Position numbers and translations under genes: made by a program
Notes under the pieces: model-generated
Seen by the model: only the letters and a program-made list of their open reading frames with translations
What the model was told of the DNA's origin: nothing
Database searches by the model: none
Shown: in pieces, positions 61,920 to 64,000 of the stretch
Layout of the letters: each line of letters starts with the position of its first letter
Position numbering within the stretch: the first letter of the stretch is position 1
Origin: Dehalococcoidia bacterium
GTDB taxonomy: Bacteria; Chloroflexota; Dehalococcoidia; SM23-28-2; RBG-16-64-32
Length of the DNA stretch: 64,000 nt
Assembly: GCA_963665775.2 (NCBI GenBank)
Contig: CAXXTF010000002.1
Coordinates: 160,001-224,000 of the forward strand
Reading direction: 5' to 3'

Positions 61920-62672
61920 CTACTTCAGTTGTGTGGCGGAGTTCCACCGTGTCTCAAGTTCCGCCAGTGTTCTGGCCTTGATATCTTGAACCTCCGCCAC
62001 CACTGATGCTTTCTTCCCCAGATCCTTGAATGACGCGCCACTGAAGAACAACCTATTATCAACTACGAGAAATCTGTCGTGGAAATCGTTGAGACCTGCA
62101 CGGCAATCGAGGTTCGCCCCTATCTGCTGAACGAATTTGGAGGCCTCGATTACGAAGTCAGCGGGGGCATTCTGCTGCCGCGTGAGAATCCTGATCTCGA
62201 CGCTAGCAGCGACATTGGAAAGCAAGGAGAAGAGAGACCGATCCACGTATGGATCTACCGCGAACACCAGACGTGACGCCGGCTCCACAATGTCGCGCAG
62301 AAACACATACGCCGAGTGCGGAGTTCCGGGCTCGATGAGATGCTCGTCAGGTGTAACCGGCAGCATCGCCTGGCCCTCCTTCAGGCGATTTTCGACGAGA
62401 GCGAATGCTTCTAGAAGGCGCTCGGCTTTGCCACTGATTTCCAGATGACGGTTTCCAATAGCCCCCAAGATAACGGTCATCGGGTGCAGGATTCTGTCGA
62501 TCTGCCGGTAGTCTTTAGAATTATCCTCAAAGGTGGTGCTAACCCACTCGTCGATATCGTTCTTAAGTATGTACCACTGCGATTCCAGTTCCCAACCGGG
62601 TCCCGTTTGCAGCAGCTTATCCAGCCAGCCCCGAAACGTCCCAACCGCTTGTAGCGCGGCCTCTTGGCTCAT
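61920..62672 (-). CDS. Hypothetical protein with C-terminal PLD-like (HDRF) domain
   Basis: VDPY, IRILT and FHDRFLVVD...SGASFKDLGK motifs. Confidence 0.7.
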   Translation of the reverse strand: MSQEAALQAVGTFRGWLDKLLQTGPGWELESQWYILKNDIDEWVSTTFEDNSKDYRQIDRILHPMTVILGAIGNRHLEISGKAERLLEAFALVENRLKEGQAMLPVTPDEHLIEPGTPHSAYVFLRDIVEPASRLVFAVDPYVDRSLFSLLSNVAASVEIRILTRQQNAPADFVIEASKFVQQIGANLDCRAGLNDFHDRFLVVDNRLFFSGASFKDLGKKASVVAEVQDIKARTLAELETRWNSATQLK

Positions 62673-62711
62673 GGTCCGTTTCCCCCTCCGCTTTCACGCG
62701 TGTCGGCCCGG

Positions 62712-63800
62712 TCAAGATGATCCGAGCGATCGAGGGCCGGTGGCGCATATTGGGCAGAGAGGGGATATGAAGAGGTCCTCCGGCCTCACCCTTAGGCCCT
62801 TGGCGAGCTTTCGAACAGTGGTCGGACGTGGTGATTGCCGCCCGGCTTCGATCAGCGCCACCGTCGACTGAGTCACCCCAGCAAGCTCGGCCAACTCGCG
62901 CTGAGTCAACACCTTCCTCAGGCGCCACTCACTCAATTTTATTGAAATAGCCATATGGGTTGTTCCCGATGGTTTGACCGCAGGCGGCGCGGCGGGAGAC
63001 GCCTGCGATTGGGGCGTTGACGTCAGATCTGCTGCAAGTTTGATCGCGGATGGAAGGGTCGTCGTTTCCGGACTGGTTTCGGTGGCTTGTAGCCGCCCGC
63101 TATGGGTCTCAATGAGGGCATCGTAAGTTGACCTACGCTCGGAGTCGCCAAGCACCGCGAAGGCTTCCTCTACTTCTGCCAGATCTTGAGCGGACCCTGG
63201 GTCAGTGCCAGCGAGGTTACTGTACTTTTGCGCCAGGTACTGATAGGCAATCGCAACTATCTCTGGCTCCGCGTGGTGCTCGAGGTGAAGCTCCGCATAG
63301 TAATCTTTGTCCTCGAAGGCTCCCTTGGAGTGCAGCCGCCCGAGAGAAGCGAGGAGGGCCAAGGTCACGAGCCCAGCAAGAGTCGCGCTGGAGGCCAGGA
63401 TGATGGTCCGACGCCAGTCGGCAAGGTGGTCCGACAGATCCCCGAGCCCTGACCAATGGTCAAATAGAGCCACCCCTAGGGCGAGCGAGGCCACCAACGT
63501 TAGGACCCACCAGGCGTCATAGGCGGTGTGCCGGAGAGCGCCGGTTAGGTTTCCGAGAGCGGTCCGGCGTCGCCGTGTTGCAGGCGTATCCGTGGAGCCC
63601 TGGAGCTGGAGCACGCCGATGGCTGACATAGCCTCGTTGAGTTGGTTGAGCCGCGCTCCGGCTGTGAGGTCCGTGCTGGCGGCGTTGTGGCATCTGTTGG
63701 CGAGGTGCCAGTAGCACCGTTCAATGATGCTGATATCGGCGGAGGGCAATACCCTGAGCACTCGGTAGAAATTACGGTCTTTGGTGATTTCCGCTTGCAT
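62712..63800 (-). CDS. Membrane protein with two degenerate J-like domains and a C-terminal XRE HTH
   Basis: NFYRVL.V and DYY.EL...EAFAVLGD..RR..YD motifs; two TM segments; LTQRELAELAGV.QST...IE.G. Confidence 0.7.
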   Translation of the reverse strand: MQAEITKDRNFYRVLRVLPSADISIIERCYWHLANRCHNAASTDLTAGARLNQLNEAMSAIGVLQLQGSTDTPATRRRRTALGNLTGALRHTAYDAWWVLTLVASLALGVALFDHWSGLGDLSDHLADWRRTIILASSATLAGLVTLALLASLGRLHSKGAFEDKDYYAELHLEHHAEPEIVAIAYQYLAQKYSNLAGTDPGSAQDLAEVEEAFAVLGDSERRSTYDALIETHSGRLQATETSPETTTLPSAIKLAADLTSTPQSQASPAAPPAVKPSGTTHMAISIKLSEWRLRKVLTQRELAELAGVTQSTVALIEAGRQSPRPTTVRKLAKGLRVRPEDLFISPLCPICATGPRSLGSS

Positions 63801-64000
63801 GTTCCAACCCCGAAGGACATACGCCAGACAGGCACCGGCCAGTGCCCTCTGATGCAGGGCCCTAGATATAATTCAACGTCATATCGGCGAATTCATTACT
63901 ACGACGCGTGAGGAGACGCTTTCGAAAGCAGTAGGCGGTCCCCGGCGACATCAGTGATCGCCAGGCAGATGGTTCGGGCTGGGCAGCCGGATGCCCACCA

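Noticed and set aside
1-64000. CRISPR array, tRNA or rRNA
   Set aside because: No regularly spaced repeat-spacer units or recognisable RNA genes; the ~28-bp repeat is dispersed and linked to an integrase

Overview
A GC-rich bacterial window whose gene content suggests Chloroflexota (Dehalococcoidia/SAR202-like). That placement is an inference from the many class III CoA-transferases, an LLM oxidoreductase, a Tat-exported ABC solute-binding protein and Cys-containing dockerin-like repeats. The right part (39-58 kb) is an acyl-CoA, possibly steroid-like, catabolic cluster: a paired acyl-CoA dehydrogenase, an Ltp2-like aldolase, DUF35 proteins, an enoyl-CoA hydratase, a thiolase-like protein, CoA-transferases and an ABC importer. 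The left and middle parts are heavily rearranged, with three IS3-family copies (all apparently damaged), one intact IS1380, an IS110 remnant, at least six relics of a TGT...ACA rve-integrase element and many truncated gene scraps. The main findings are: (1) a DM13 / membrane-fused NDH-2 / triple-repeat membrane protein operon, possibly an undescribed transmembrane redox module; (2) a selenocysteine peroxiredoxin with a SECIS-like hairpin that the ORF track splits; (3) a fragment of an Abi/DRT-like reverse transcriptase; (4) a 16-bp motif at identical spacing behind two sigma70 promoters; (5) several unusual domain fusions and active-site substitutions. No rRNA, tRNA or CRISPR array was seen. 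All calls were made by eye, without database searches.
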